From NCBI GenBank assembly GCA_964016885.1, contig OZ024745.1, positions 119,784,001-119,848,000 on the forward strand: DNA of 64,000 bases, in the 5' to 3' direction. The notes beneath the pieces were generated by a model that was not told the origin of the DNA, did not search any database, and worked only from the letters and a program-made list of their open reading frames with translations. The DNA is from Eledone cirrhosa (Eukaryota). Positions 40,933 through 56,817 of this stretch are shown here, in pieces (the first letter of the stretch is position 1; every line of letters begins with the position of its first letter). A program made the translations under genes and the position numbers.

Positions 40933-41275
40933 TTAGTATTGGTGCTCTGAAATAGCGATGTATACATGAATGTATGTATAGTATTTTTGGCAAAATACCG
41001 TATGTTTAATTAAACACATTTAAAAGACCATTCGCTATCAGTTTTAAAGTAGTGGATATGTCACTTACTTATTTTCGGCAAAGGTTGGAAGAGAGGCTGA
41101 CGCTCTGATGATCGCCAACAGCGTGAAACAGACTGTTAGCTTCTCTCCCTTCTTTCGCCGAAAAGAAGTAAGTGACATAGTCGCTCCTTTAAAACTGATA
41201 GCGTATGGTCTTCAAAATGTTTTTATTTAAACATACGGTATATTGCCAAATATACTATACATACATTCATATATA
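40933..41275 (+). mobile_element. Fold-back mini-element with HHR at the hairpin apex
   Basis: About 140-bp imperfect inverted arms (40961-41101 and 41135-41275), (TA)n on both sides. Confidence 0.85.
41102..41140 (+). ncRNA. Minimal hammerhead ribozyme
   Basis: GCT-CTGATGA-TCGC-caaca-GCGT-GAAAC-AGACT-GTT-AGC; the inverted arm preserves GTC at the triplet. Confidence 0.8.
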
Positions 41276-41301
41276 TATATAAATATATATGTATATAAAT
41301 A

Positions 41302-41357
<56 letters not shown>

Positions 41358-41361
<4 letters not shown>

Positions 41362-41552
41362 GTAGGAAATGTGGTAAGGAACCAGGCGGACCATAACGCA
41401 CCAAAGTACTCAATACTTAGAGTAGTAGAGTGGGTAATACGAACAAGTAGGACCCGGACGGCTGAGCTCAAGCCGTTTCGACGGCTAATTCTGTTCAGAA
41501 TTAGCCGTCGAAACGGCTTGAGCTCTGCCGTCGGGGTTAAATATTTTCCTAT
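41358..41552. mobile_element. Fold-back repeat family in (TA)n (related copies at ~4720-4800 and 46403-46508)
   Basis: Hairpin CCCGGACGGCTGAGCTCAAGCCGTTTCGACGGCTAATTCTG/CAGAATTAGCCGTCGAAACGGCTTGAGCTCTGCCGTCGGGG; segments shared with 46403-46508. Confidence 0.75.
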
Positions 41553-41576
41553 ATATGAATGTGTACACCTATCCCC

Positions 41577-41613
<37 letters not shown>

Positions 41614-41644
41614 GGGGGGGGGGGTACACATTCATTAAAACATG

Positions 41645-41677
<33 letters not shown>

Positions 41678-42510
41678 CTGTGTGGATGGTTGTGTTTGTT
41701 TGTTTATTTGTTTTGTGAGTACGTGTGGAGACAGACATAGACAAAATTTGACTTTTAGTGCGATAAGGATAAAGGTAACTCCCACACATGTGGAAGTGCA
41801 TACTAAAATCTATTAATCTTGTAGAGATAATGAGATGTGCAGCTGAAAAGAATATGCATGCTTCGGTATGGTGCAGTGCAAAGTCTCAAAGGAAAAGAAA
41901 AACAAGAAAATAGATTAAAAATACCACAGCATGATAAAAAATGAAGCAAAAAAAAATAGCAAAAATCTACTAGTAAGCCAGTTAAGTATGTGAAGGAAAT
42001 ACAAAACATTAACGTAAAAATGAGGGAAAAATACGAAAAAAATGGAAGACCGTTTATTGAAAAAATTATGACAGAAGGAATATCGTTTTTCTTCTCTATG
42101 AAATATTGTGAATATCATTAAAATTGCAATCAGCTAAGGAACCAAATGTAAACTAAAACAAAGAAGTGTAAGTAAAACAATAAAGATATGTAAACCCAAT
42201 ACACGAAAGATGAAAGCCGTATTCTGTTAGCCATGTTGTTGAAATAAGCTACATGTGTGTTGTCTATGACGCAACATGTTATTTCCCGAAAACGTTTGCT
42301 GGAGTGCAGTATCTGTGAAAGTACTTAGATGTGCCTCATTGCGTGCATATATAATTGCATATAGAGATATCATTTCTATATATATCAATACATGCGTAAA
42401 GACATAATTAAGTGCGCATATTCATAAATACAAGAATATATACATACATACGTATATATATATATATTTTTTTTTTAATGAATATGGGCATATTTATATA
42501 TATATTATAA

Positions 42511-42632
<122 letters not shown>

Positions 42633-42855
42633 TTATTTATGTATGTGTGTTTGTCTGTGTGTGAGTCTGTGTCTGTGTGTGCGTGTGTGTATGTGCGTGT
42701 GTATGTGTATACATGTCTGTGTATTAATGTATACAAGTGAAAATATACGCCATTGTGTGTTTGCAGCTTTCCATGTTCCAGTGCTTAACCCCGGGTGAAT
42801 ATGCCATATGCATTTATGGCAATGTGTTTTTCCACTTATACATAAGGGTTTTTAT

Positions 42856-42987
<132 letters not shown>

Positions 42988-43011
42988 ATACTAATTATAG
43001 TTATGTATATA

Positions 43012-45606
43012 GTATAAACAACTATAAACCTAACGAAAAACTAATTCATGTGAACACCAACCATAACCACCCTAAATCCATATTAAACTCCATTACCAAG
43101 GAATATCTAATAGTATCTCTAATCTAGCATATAATGAAACTATATTTAACAATAATTCACAATACTATAATGAGGCCTTAGCTAAATCAGGATATAAGAA
43201 TGAGATTGAATTCCTACCTATAAAATCACATAGTTACATTATTTCTCATAATATGGTCATGAGGAAAAATGGTAAAAACACTAGCCACTATAACTCTAAG
43301 ACGAAGAATAATATCAAACTTACCTCGCACCAAATTAAACACCACAATAATAATTTAAACAGAGATATAAATACCTAAAAAAACAATACTATAATCAAAC
43401 ATAGGAGAACTAATACATTCTTCAATCCCCCTTTCAATCTAAACGTCTCTACCAACTTGCCTAAGGCTTTCTTCTCAATCTTAGAAAAAAACTTCCCGAC
43501 CGGCCACAAGTACCATAGCCTTATCAATAAAAATACAATTAAAATATCATATAGCTAGTAGTAATAAAAGGAAGATTAATAAATATTTTCAACTAATTAA
43601 AACACAGCAGGAGGTAAACTTAGTACATGTAAACAATAGTAGTAATAATAGTAATAATGATAATAGCACTAATGAAATCAATAAAAATACGAATGATAGG
43701 CATCATTACCCTAATGCTACCCCTAGCAACCAGAATTCTTCACAACATAGGAACCGGCAAGCTAAAACCCAGAATAAATGTAACTGTAGAACTAATAGAA
43801 CTTGCCCCTTAGGTAATAATTGCTTAACCAAAGACATCACCAACTCATGCACCGTCACCGCAAACAACTCTTCTAAAACATTTATAGGTTCTACTTCGAA
43901 CAACTTCAAGACGAGATACAAATCGCACCTACACTCTTTCAAGAAACACAATCTGGCCAGCTCCACTTCTTTATCTACCTACATACACTCTCTGAAAACT
44001 AGGAATATACCATTTACACTGTAATGGGAAGTAGTAGGCCTCATCGTATAAACCACCGAATAAATTGTGTAATCTCGGCCTTCTGGAGACCCATACTATA
44101 ATCTTTTCGAAACTAGACCTCCTTAATAGAAAGTCAAAGACATTTTCCTCGTGCCAACACCGGTACCGACACTCGTTCCATAACTTTAAACCTAGCTGTT
44201 AGTATACAATAATGTCAGATTTGAATTTCCACCACCATTAACACTACACATCTAGGACTTAGCAGCACCCACAACCACAAACCCCTCGACCAACTCTTTC
44301 CGCTACACAACTCGTATTCATCTATAACTTTATGTTCTGCAATACCAGTTAGAATTAGACATAGAGTTACCACCTTGTGATATAACTACAATAGATTAAT
44401 TATATCTTATACAGTAATGGATATTTGACACTTGGTATGTAGAGACATTTAATGTAGTGTGTGATGGTAAAATATGTGTGCATTTGTAATTGTATAATTA
44501 AATGCTTAAATTGCACAACATAATAATCATAAAGTATATATACACTTATAATTAAATATAAAATGTAATAGCATTCTATATTACGGATTATATTATTACA
44601 TATATAGCATATCTATTATGACATATTAACAACTGTATAATCCTTCATAACATATATGTTGTCCAGTAATGAATAGATAACAATCTAAAGAAACCTTTAA
44701 TGTATGATAGTAGAATACACTGTATTTAGAATCAGGCATAAATATACAGGGTTATGTAACAGAGATCAAAGGGTATCACATTATAGTGTGTATTAGAACA
44801 AAGAATGTTAATAACTGAATTGAACTTAATTAGGTAGTTACCTCCCCTTACGCATTAGCTCCCCTTTTTCACTTCCGGAAATTGACGATTGAAAATTTAA
44901 CGGTTGATCAAATATAGTCTATGAATATGAATTCATTAAGACTAATTTACAATCCATTGGTCTAACTAACTTAAAACACTCAATATAAACATTAACCAAA
45001 ATTTAATTCAATATATGTCATGGAAAAGTCTGCAAAAACTGTATGTTTCTCAACACACATTGATTCGAACACCATCAATATTCAACATCCACCATAAACT
45101 CTAATACATTAACATATTTGCTTCAACTGCAATATTTATTCATCTATATATGCATAATAGCTTTGCTTGTCCCCTTCTCATGTATAGGACTTACGCAGTC
45201 GCACAATCCACACGTCTGCATATGATTTGTTATCGCACTCTTCCTTTCGCAAAAACTGGTTCCTCAATGCCTCTTTACTATTTAGAATATTCGCTTGTTT
45301 TAACTGTTGTATGTATTCCACCCCGTGCTGTCGATTTTAATTTTAATTTTGATTTTAATTTGAACTTGAATGTTTGTACAATTATTGTACAATTCTCGTA
45401 AAATATATGTCACATCCATTCCACCCTATAAATACGAAACTGTTGCTCACAACATCAATTTATATGTATCTATATTATTGTTCAGTTGAATAGGAGGGTA
45501 ATTATATGTGCAAACATTGATAATGCACCGATGATTCCAAACGAGAGTTTGGAAGAAACGATTGTCAGCTATTAAATGATTTGAACACAACTTTGATAAT
45601 TGTATC

Positions 45607-45612
<6 letters not shown>
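43012..45612 (+). mobile_element. Penelope-like element (Naiad-like), 5'-truncated: RT thumb, Cys cluster, GIY-YIG, ~1.4-kb 3' UTR, HHR
   Basis: YKPNEKLIHVNTNHNHP, YYNEALAKSGY, FFNPPFNLNVSTNL, KNTIKISYS, CNCRTNRTCPLGNNCL, FIGSTSNNFKTRYKSH, STSLSTYIHSLK, SCQHR; coding relic ends ~44202; bounded by microsatellites. The clade assignment is an inference. Confidence 0.9.
45522..45573 (+). ncRNA. Hammerhead ribozyme (CCGATGA core variant)
   Basis: CCGATGA-TTCCAAAC-gaga-GTTTGGAA-GAAAC-GATT-GTC-AGC; perfect 8-bp stem II, imperfect stem I. Confidence 0.7.
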
Positions 45613-45640
<28 letters not shown>

Positions 45641-45647
<7 letters not shown>

Positions 45648-46341
45648 GAATATAAAATGAAAGTGCTTTTATAGAGGAATTTATTAGGTATTGACATATG
45701 TTTCTGTAACAGACGGAATACCTATGTATCGCTGCTTGCGTAATCATATAATGTTGCTAAGTATTCGATAGCAATTGTATAATCAGTTGTCACTTCTTCA
45801 GAGCTATTGGATAAATTGGAAAAAAATCAGAAAAATGAAAGTATTTATATTAGTTGTAAGAAAGAAAGAAGAGAAGGGATAGTATATGACAGATGGCAAT
45901 TCAAATTGCTGGTAAACAAGTATATATAAGGTTTTATTGAGAATACAATGAGTATATGGCTTATTTTATCTAAATAAGAATTTTTGGGATTGCCTATTTT
46001 AATCTATATTTGACCAATTGAACAATGGACAGGGCTGGTCGTTTGGTGTAGTAGTATTAATACAGATACAAAGTGTCAAGTAAGGAAGAGAGAGATTTTC
46101 ACTGCTACTATATAACAACAATGCTGGTAGCCTGCTGGTATATGCATTAGGGAATTGAATTAAGAAATCTCATTTTATCTATAGCAGTTTATATTAAATG
46201 GTAAAGAATAGAAGAGTTGATAGAATTAAGATTAATAGAGGATGTTAATATGTATTTTGACAATCAAACGGAGATGGAGACAGGCGTTCAATCCTGGTAG
46301 CGTTTGTAATATGAGAATGTAGATTTCAAGCGATGGTTACA

Positions 46342-46345
<4 letters not shown>
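45641..46345 (-). mobile_element. PLE 3' end (last ~18 codons, UTR and HHR at 45690-45805)
   Basis: [18 protein letters not shown] resembles the PLE C-terminus; CTGAAGA-agtgaca...tgttaca-GAAAC-ATAT-GTC, followed by AATAAA. Confidence 0.7.
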
Positions 46346-46393
<48 letters not shown>

Positions 46394-46507
46394 TATATAT
46401 ATAGGAACAAGTAAGACCCCGACGGCTGGGCTCAAGCCGTCTCGACAGCTAATTCTGTACGTTGGTGCGTTATGGTCCACCTGGTTCCTTACCACATTTC
46501 CTTCGTT

Positions 46508-48638
<2,131 letters not shown>

Positions 48639-48853
48639 TACCTTTCACATAATGCAAATGAAGTAGCGTTCACAGCAGGCACGTATTGTACTGTGTGTAC
48701 CGTTCGGGTTCTTCTGTTGTCTTCCACCACAATTTTTAATTCATTGTTTGATCTCTGTCATGCAGGATACTGTGCACAAATATATATAATTTGCTGCAAA
48801 CCAATGTGCTGCTACTAAGGAGAAGAGATAGATACAAGGCCCAACAAATTACC

Positions 48854-48887
<34 letters not shown>

Positions 48888-49032
48888 ATATATATATATA
48901 TATATATCCTCCCTTGCTGAATACCATGTGCGTCATTCGGCTTTGGGGCCCTTCTATACTGTGGAACTAAAGACTCGTTGATAAAGCTTTCCTTGTTCCC
49001 CTCTTCTCTATAGGCCTTATATATATTTTATT

Positions 49033-49106
49033 GCGCTGATAGTGTTCAGATTACGGAATTGCAGAAACCCAAGAAGCTAGATTTAACATCATTCTAGCGG
49101 GTCCGG
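49033..49106 (+). ncRNA. Decayed hammerhead-like motif with long stem III
   Basis: GCG-CTGATAG-tg...ca-GAAAC-CC-(GCTAGA...TCTAGC hairpin)-GG-GTC-CGG; the core is imperfect. Confidence 0.4.
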
Positions 49107-49344
49107 GTAAGTTTTACATTTATTCAATTTATTAATTTATTGGTATTTTATTTGAGTGACCCGAATCTTCCTGGTCGTTTATTTTCGGCTGCATGGGTGA
49201 TTTTAGGCATGACCTCTATGTGTTGGTATTTTAACGATAGTTATAGCTCTGATTTTTCCAAATTATTGAGCCCTCTGCCACTCATATCGGATATTGTTTA
49301 TTGTGATTTCGTGGGCTGAAATTCCGATTCTCGATTATTCTACT

Positions 49345-49618
<274 letters not shown>

Positions 49619-49619
49619 T

Positions 49620-49677
<58 letters not shown>

Positions 49678-49679
<2 letters not shown>

Positions 49680-50165
49680 GGTTACACAACAGTTAGTTCA
49701 CGATACTGAGAACAATTGTTTCACTTTAGCGGATCCTCAGCTCGTAATGGACATGGTTATACGGAACAGGAAGGACAACCGTACGATCACGCATGCGCAG
49801 AAACCGTCACTTCACACAGGCAATACTAAAAAGCGTGCGACAGGTGTAAGGGAGTTAACTGTGAAAGTCCGAAAAGTTTCTAGTTGATAAGAAAATTAGG
49901 GGGTTGTTGTGATTCAATCAGGAGCTTTGTAGTTATGTAAAAGCTGTTTCGAGACGTGTGGACAACGTGTTAAGAATTCATTTCTCGTGTTTAGGCAATC
50001 ACTATTGCACAATCTCTTTAGAATATTTATTCGTTCATCAATACATAGTCCACACGACGGATTTCCCCTTGCGTATGGCCTGGACTTAGTGATGGCTTTC
50101 CATTAAATGGAGTAGTCTACACTTGAGTCCTTGAGGGACCATACGTGGCTCGCGAGCTCGTCCCA
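49678..50165 (-). mobile_element. PLE 3' end (GIY-YIG C-terminus, UTR and HHR)
   Basis: ELASHVWSLKDSSVDYSI*WKAITKSRPYARGNPSCGLCIDERINIL..CLNTRNEFLTRCPH..YKAPD*. Confidence 0.85.
49704..49746 (-). ncRNA. Minimal hammerhead ribozyme
   Basis: TACGAG-CTGAGGA-tccgctaaagt-GAAAC-AATT-GTT-CTC(A)GTA; palindromic stem III, weak stem II. Confidence 0.65.
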
Positions 50166-50212
50166 TGGACTGAGTACTCTACCACTACGGATATTACCTT
50201 CTAGTGTTCTAC

Positions 50213-50250
<38 letters not shown>

Positions 50251-50255
<5 letters not shown>

Positions 50256-50457
50256 TTTTGCGAGGTTTTTGAAGGCCCAGTGTAGAAAGGCCCTGGGAAA
50301 GACCCACTTAAAGATTAAGGTGGTAGAAAAGCCAGGAACCACCATAAAATCTCTGATCCGCAAAACCTACCCTTTTAAGAAAACCCACTGTACTAATAGG
50401 AAATGTATCATATGTAAAGTAAACCCCCGGATAAACTGTAAAACTAGAAACGTATAA
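50251..50457 (+). pseudogene. Fragment of a different PLE ORF (RT-EN linker Cys cluster)
   Basis: KIKVVEKPGTTIKSLIRKTYPFKKTHCTNRKCIICK...NCKTRNV resembles the linker preceding GIY-YIG in PLEs. Confidence 0.6.
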
Positions 50458-51889
50458 CAGCCGAGAAAATCGGTTCGATTACACTTTGAAAGGAAAAGAT
50501 ATATGGCCAGAGGTAACGTCGAAATGTTGAACTCCGATTCTCTCGGATGCCAAGTGAATGCCTTCTTGCAATTACATTTTAGAATATAGTCTCTGGATCT
50601 TTGCTTCCTTGTTATATTATATTTGAGAAGAAAGAAAATGCCACGATTAAAATCGAGTGCGCGCTTGACTAACATAAATTCTTTACACACACACACATAC
50701 ACACACAAACACACACACCTCTACATACACACACAGACCTACACACACATACGCATGCACACATTCACCCACATACATATATACCTATACAGAGAAACAG
50801 AAAGAGATAGATAATATATTAACAGCTTTGTCTTTTATCCTTATGGGGAAAGCAATATATAGATAGCTAGAAAGATAGATATATACATATGTGTGGGTGT
50901 ATATACTTATAGACCGATCCACCCTGATTTTCTGTATGTATAAACAATATGCTATAATTATCAAATTGAACCGTGTTTATTTCTGACTGATCACTGTATA
51001 TGTTGACATTTTGTTTAGCCTTGCCTGAAGGAAGAGATATACATATGCTATACATTTTTAATTACAAGATTTTACATTTATTTTGAAGTTTCTATTATTA
51101 TTTATTTATCTATTATCTTGATAGTGCTTTATGATAAATAATTAAACACTATATTGCTTCCCTTCCAGCTAAAGACATCTGATTTTATTCTAGATCCATT
51201 AGAATTCTTCATTACAATGAAATAGACTGAAAGAGATTACATATGAACCACTGATGTCATGAAATGTCTGCTGAACATAAACATGTTTACGTTTTTCTTC
51301 TATGGAGTCTTCAAGGTAGCAGACATGTTGGACTGATAAACTAAGCAACTGTCATACATTTAAATTTTGCCTTTTATTGTTGTTGTTTTTGTTGTTATTG
51401 TTGTTTTATTGTTGATGCTGCTGTTCTGTTTGTTTTATTTAGTCCAAGCTCAAATATGATCAAGCAGCCCTATGGTCAAAGGCATTCGAGCTATAGCAAT
51501 GTTTGTATTTATATCAGTGTCTACATTGTCAAATGTACCTTTAAGAAAAGCCATTGTATAAATCTCGTACATGTAGAAGCTTATAAATGTGCTTAATATA
51601 TCATTCTTTAGCTATTTGCTTACATATTTTATTAATAAAATGGGGGATGTACTGATGTTCTGAGTCAAAATACTGCTGTAGGCTTTATTTTTAAATTTAT
51701 TTTCTCCAGGATTACGAAAATGTCTCTCGATATTATAAGAAATATCCCCTAAATCCGCTACTTGAAAAACGTATACAGAGCATTCTTCATTTTAGTTACA
51801 CTAAAGAACATAATATATCTAACCGCAATACTCAACAACATAAACATACTTTATTCATAGAAGGTCAAAAATTAGAAATTCTCTATTGA

Positions 51890-52116
51890 TAGCAAATGGT
51901 GATATATAAAGGATGGGGATGTTGTGTGTGACTGCGGCATCGAACCACAGACTACATAGCACCTCCTGATATGCCTCTTACTGGAACACCCGTGCACAGC
52001 ATTGGACTTGGAAGAATTTAAAGAGAAAGAACAGCGATGTGTTCAGCTGTGGCGGAACCAAATCTAGTCAAGTTTTGTAACTGACGCTCCTGTGGATACG
52101 ACAAGAAGAAGAAGAA
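51890..52116 (+). mobile_element. LINE 3' end with CCHC finger (Ingi/Vingi-like) and (GAA)n tail
   Basis: VCDCGIEPQTT*HLLICLLLEHPCT...CVQLWRNQI*, followed by GATACGACAAGAAGAAGAAG. Confidence 0.65.
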
Positions 52117-52763
52117 TCAAATAACAATCACATGATGAAATAATACATATTTGGCTAACACAAAAAATCTACATTAGTCTAAAACTATTTACTAGAGTCA
52201 TGGATTATTCCAAGCCTAGATTGGCTTCTCGTCAATCAACAACGGACTTCAGAGAAAACAAAGCTACACAATTCGCATCCTCACAAGTGGCATCAAGTGG
52301 CTATCAACAGACCAGTTACACAATGAAACAGAAATACTTTAAATGAAAGACCATCAGTATATGCGAAAAGCACAGATTGATATCGAGGCTTATTTTAACT
52401 TTATATACGTTGTTACTATAAGTACGATACAAATTAAGCCAATGTGGATGCCAATACTCTGTCACACATTCGTTTGAAAATAGGAGTCAAATAACCCTCA
52501 AATAACCATGCTGCCTCAAAAAGTGTTGTGTATATAAGATGGCGTAATCTTGTCTAAAATGGGTGAAACTTATTCAAAAATATCATCAGAATTTGAGGAT
52601 GAACGATGAGTATTCCTCATACAAAAGTTGAAGTCAGTTTTACTTTTCATCATTTCTGGATCAATAATCGAACTACCAGTCAAGAAAGGAAGCCATTCTT
52701 CTCATTCTCCTTTTTATTCTATCCTATCTTTCTATATTGTACAAATAATTCAAAGGTCTAAAC

Positions 52764-53054
52764 CAGTCATGGGCAACCTGCGGCCTGCGAAGTTTCTGAA
52801 TGGCTCGCCTAAGTCACCTAAGTGAAATATTTCTGATTTTCTTACCCCAACGTTTCAGTCGTAATTTATCTGTCTATCATTTTTACGATCGAGGAAAACA
52901 ACGTGTACGAATTCTGAGGAAACAGATAAAAAAAAACCTGAGTTACCGCCATTTTTTTAATGTGGGGCATGAATGTAAATTAGCGCTTGCGGCTCGCCTG
53001 ATAATGAACCATATTTCATGCGGCCGGCTTCTCAAAAAAGGTTGCCCATGCCTG
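52764..53054. mobile_element. hAT-type MITE
   Basis: TIRs CAGTCATGGGCAACC/GGTTGCCCATGCCTG; 8-bp TSD GTCTAAAC/GTCTAATA. Confidence 0.85.
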
Positions 53055-53576
53055 GTCTAATATTGTCACATTTTGTCACACCTGTTCATTTTAAGAATTG
53101 TGAGAAGTGTTCATTTATTGTGGAATGTCGACGGCCTTCAATTTACTATCACGAGAAGAATTCAATGTTCAGAAAATTAAATGCTCATCAGCAAAACGAA
53201 TGGAGAATTCATTGAATCACTGAAAATATGAAAACAGCATGAAATTGATGGTTCCATACCAGGCAAGAAATATGATACTGCGGAAGTTAAGTAGAATCCA
53301 GTATTATTTTCTGACACCCAAATAAGGATTCAGATAAACATCTTCAAATTAGAACAAAAGACATCATGAATAGCCGATAGTACGATAATTATCCCCCAAG
53401 CTTACATTCATTATGATCTCCCCAACATAAACATAAATCGCAAACATACAGTACAAAAACAAAAAAGAAATAGGGTAGGCTACTCCTATAATCGCCACAA
53501 TCATATGGCAAATATTCCTCTAATCCTCTTTGACAATTATAGGAGTAGCCTATTATTATTTGGTCACTATTATCAT

Positions 53577-54040
53577 TTGGCAGTATCGGTAGATGGTCGG
53601 ACGCCATGTTTTGCAACAAAGAGTTACGCCTCTTTACGAACTAAGTTCAAATCCCGCCGAGGGTAACTTTTCCTCTCATCCTTACGGGGTCGATAAAATC
53701 AGAAACAATGTCACAAACTTCAAAACCTTCCAATGGAGCGTTCCAGTTCCGAGGACCATAATTAGCGTTCATAAATGCCAGCAACAAAACACAACAGTTC
53801 TCCGATTTGGAAACAATATATCTAAACGCCTTCAATAATTGTTTCTACGGCAGGCACAAGGTCAGCAATTTTGGAGGAGGAGAACATTCGAATAAACCTA
53901 CCCTATTTTATTATTCTGGCTTATTTTGTCGACCCTGCAAGGATGAGAGGCAAAGCTAACCTGAGCAAGATTTGAACGTAAAGGGCCATAACTCTATGCT
54001 GCAAAGCATGGCATCTGACTCTCTACCGATACTGCCAATC
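53577..54040. mobile_element. Two convergent tRNA SINEs (53577-53700 +, 53838-54040 -)
   Basis: Family motifs present in both orientations. Confidence 0.8.
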
Positions 54041-54625
54041 TAATGCACAGTAAATGTGTCAATAAAACTGCTGAAATATTTTACCTGTCAAAATCTAGAG
54101 ACAATAAAATACCAACAAACCAGACTTAATGTTGTCCTATTGCTTGCTAGAAATAGAAGATACATTCTCTTCAAGCATAGAAAACCCCGATATATTCGGA
54201 GATATAATCCTTGAGGAACTATGTCTGAATAATAAATGAAATTCATTTTCTCATAGGCCTACTAATTGTGGCCTATTGGGAACGAAAGAAACAGCAATAA
54301 CAGACACAGCAGAGATTAAATTCAACAACAAAATTTTACGAAACGAAACAAAATAAATAACAAAAAAATAGAAGACATTTTATCCAATATAAAAAAAAAC
54401 GCATTAAGCCACTCTGCAGAACAGATAGAATACTAAAGTCAACAAATCATATTACAAAAATGCATTCATGTAACACACACGTAACCCAACACATAAACCA
54501 AATGAGTCAAATACATTAAAATGTCAGAAAACATATTCAACGTAGACAACTTCGACAATTCTATTCCACCAGACTCTAGAAAGGCAAAGTAATGATCATA
54601 ATCTTAAAGCATATATGATCTACAA

Positions 54626-54938
54626 CAGTTGTCTTCAACCTTGTTTATACCACGGACAGGCTCCATGTCAGGCAATCTTTCCACAGACCGGTAGTTGTAC
54701 ATCTATGTTATTTAAGTGCATTTCGATAAAGAGAGCAATAATAAAAAGAGCAATTTATTAAAGGGAATAAAAATTGTATGGAGTATATGAATATTGAATA
54801 CCTAAACAAATCTTTTTAAGTCCAATATTCAATTTATCTATTATATAATTTTAAACAAGTTAATTATTTATTTGCACCCCGGTAGCAAATGGTACACGGA
54901 CCGGTACCTGTCTGTTGGCCGGTGGTTGGGGACCACTG
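54626..54938. mobile_element. hAT (Charlie-like) MITE
   Basis: TIRs CAGTTGTCTTCAACC/GGTTGGGGACCACTG; TSD ATCTACAA/ATCTACAG. Confidence 0.85.
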
Positions 54939-55286
54939 ATCTACAGGAAGCATAACAAACTTTATGTAAACCTTAGGGAGGTTTAGCGTGACCTAATGTG
55001 ATACGACTGGCCCTTTGAATGTTATGCATAGTCTCACAAAATGTTCAGGAATGTTCAATTCTGTTCAATTTCATTCACAATACTTGTGTTGACTGAAGGT
55101 TACAGTAAAAACAAAACAAAAATAAATCTGAACAAAATGCCATACAGTGAATCGAACTCGAGGCCTCAGCATTGTGAACTACTCTTCTTAGGCTTTCTAT
55201 CATGCAGCAAGAAATAACACCTAGACAATAGATCGCCTCCATTTTGACAAACAATATCAGAGTAGAAACAATTATTTACAAATAAG

Positions 55287-55658
55287 GGCGGTGAATTGGC
55301 AGTATCGGTAGAGGGTCGGACATGCTTTCCAGCATAGTTACGTCCCCTTACGATCTGAGTTCAAATCCTGCCAAGGTTAACTTTGCCTTGCATCCTTACG
55401 AGGTCGAGAAAATAAAGTACCAGTAACGTACTTGGTAATTTCTGGCCTTGTGCCAAAAGTAGAAACAATTATATACAAATAAGGCGGTTGATTGGCAGTA
55501 TCGGTAGAGGGTCAGACACCATGCTTTGCAGCATAGAGCTATTAGTTCAAATTATGCCGCGGTTAGCTTTGCTTTTCATCCTTACAGGGTCGATAAAATA
55601 AAGCACAAATTATGCACTGGGGTAATTACTGGTCTTGTGCCCAAAGTAGAAACAATTA
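55287..55658 (+). mobile_element. Two tandem tRNA SINEs with a thrice-repeated junction
   Basis: AGTAGAAACAATTAT(T/A)TACAAATAA at 55261, ~55458 and ~55646. Confidence 0.85.
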
Positions 55659-56637
55659 TTTACAAATAAACATCATGATCATCAACTTGAAGAGATGACA
55701 TAACAAGTTACATAGAACAATACATGTTACATAGGACAATACATGCTACATAGGACAATACAGTATTCACAGAAAATGTAGATACCATAGTAAATATAGA
55801 ACAACTTACAACAGTCACTGACAACACATTTCATGAAAGTAAACAGCAAACATTATTTAGCTCCAACGTAGTCCATACCAATTTTACTTGGCTTCAAATT
55901 AATTTGTCCATTATGAAGAAGATAAATGACCACATCTTACATCATCCAGAAATCCCATGAAGAATAGTTGTTGTGAGGAAAAAACCCTGAATACACCCAC
56001 GTAACTAAAAGTGGATTAGCCGAAACTATAAATAAGAACTGAAGTGAACTGTCATGGGAAATGTGTGGACGGAGTCTCGTAGTCTATCGTTGGTAGTTCA
56101 GAATTACGCCCGGTGAATACGTTGGGCCTTACCCTCGTTCCTTACACATATATAAAACAGATGTGTCACACCACCATAATAATAGTTGCAGTGAAACACC
56201 ATTTGGTAACGTGGCTGCTGATATTGGGGCAGTAACCTGTCAACCTGTTCCATTCTAATATATGCACAAATACATAAAAATCAACTTTGATTTATGGGCT
56301 GCGAGCTTTGTGAGTGGGCTTGAAGGCAGGTTTTAGGATTGTGTTTATTTCATTTCGAGTAAAACATTCAATTAATGTAGACTTGTTTACATTCAAGTTA
56401 AAACAACTGACAGGTTTAGTTATATATCCATTTACAACATGCCAGTTAACGCCATTTTAAGATCATTCTACTACTCGGCTCACAAATATTAAAAGCTCGA
56501 TGCACACATAATTAGCCTGGCCATATATCGTCTAATAATCCTAAATATATGCTGGGTTCCTTAACTTTAATAATAAGTGCAGAGGACAAGCATCATTTCC
56601 TTTCACATGCTCCTCATCCTGTGCTCTTCTGTTGTCG

Positions 56638-56817
56638 TTGGCAGTATCGGTAGAGGGTCGGACGCCTTGCTTTGACGCATAGAGTTACGGCCCTTGCCAT
56701 TCTGAGTTCAAATCCCGCCGAGGTTAACTTTTCCTTTCATCCTTACGGGGTCGATAAAATAAAGTACCAGTAATATACTGGGTATTTGTTGGCCATGTGT
56801 CAAAAGTAGAAACAGTT
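56638..56817 (+). mobile_element. tRNA SINE
   Basis: Near-consensus copy. Confidence 0.85.

Noticed and set aside
55261-55670. CRISPR-like repeat-spacer pattern
   Set aside because: The spacers are SINE copies and the repeats are TSDs; the context is eukaryotic with no cas genes.
55940-56255. Two possible minus-strand exons with GTAAG donors
   Set aside because: The joined peptide resembles nothing I recognise, and the splice signals could be chance.
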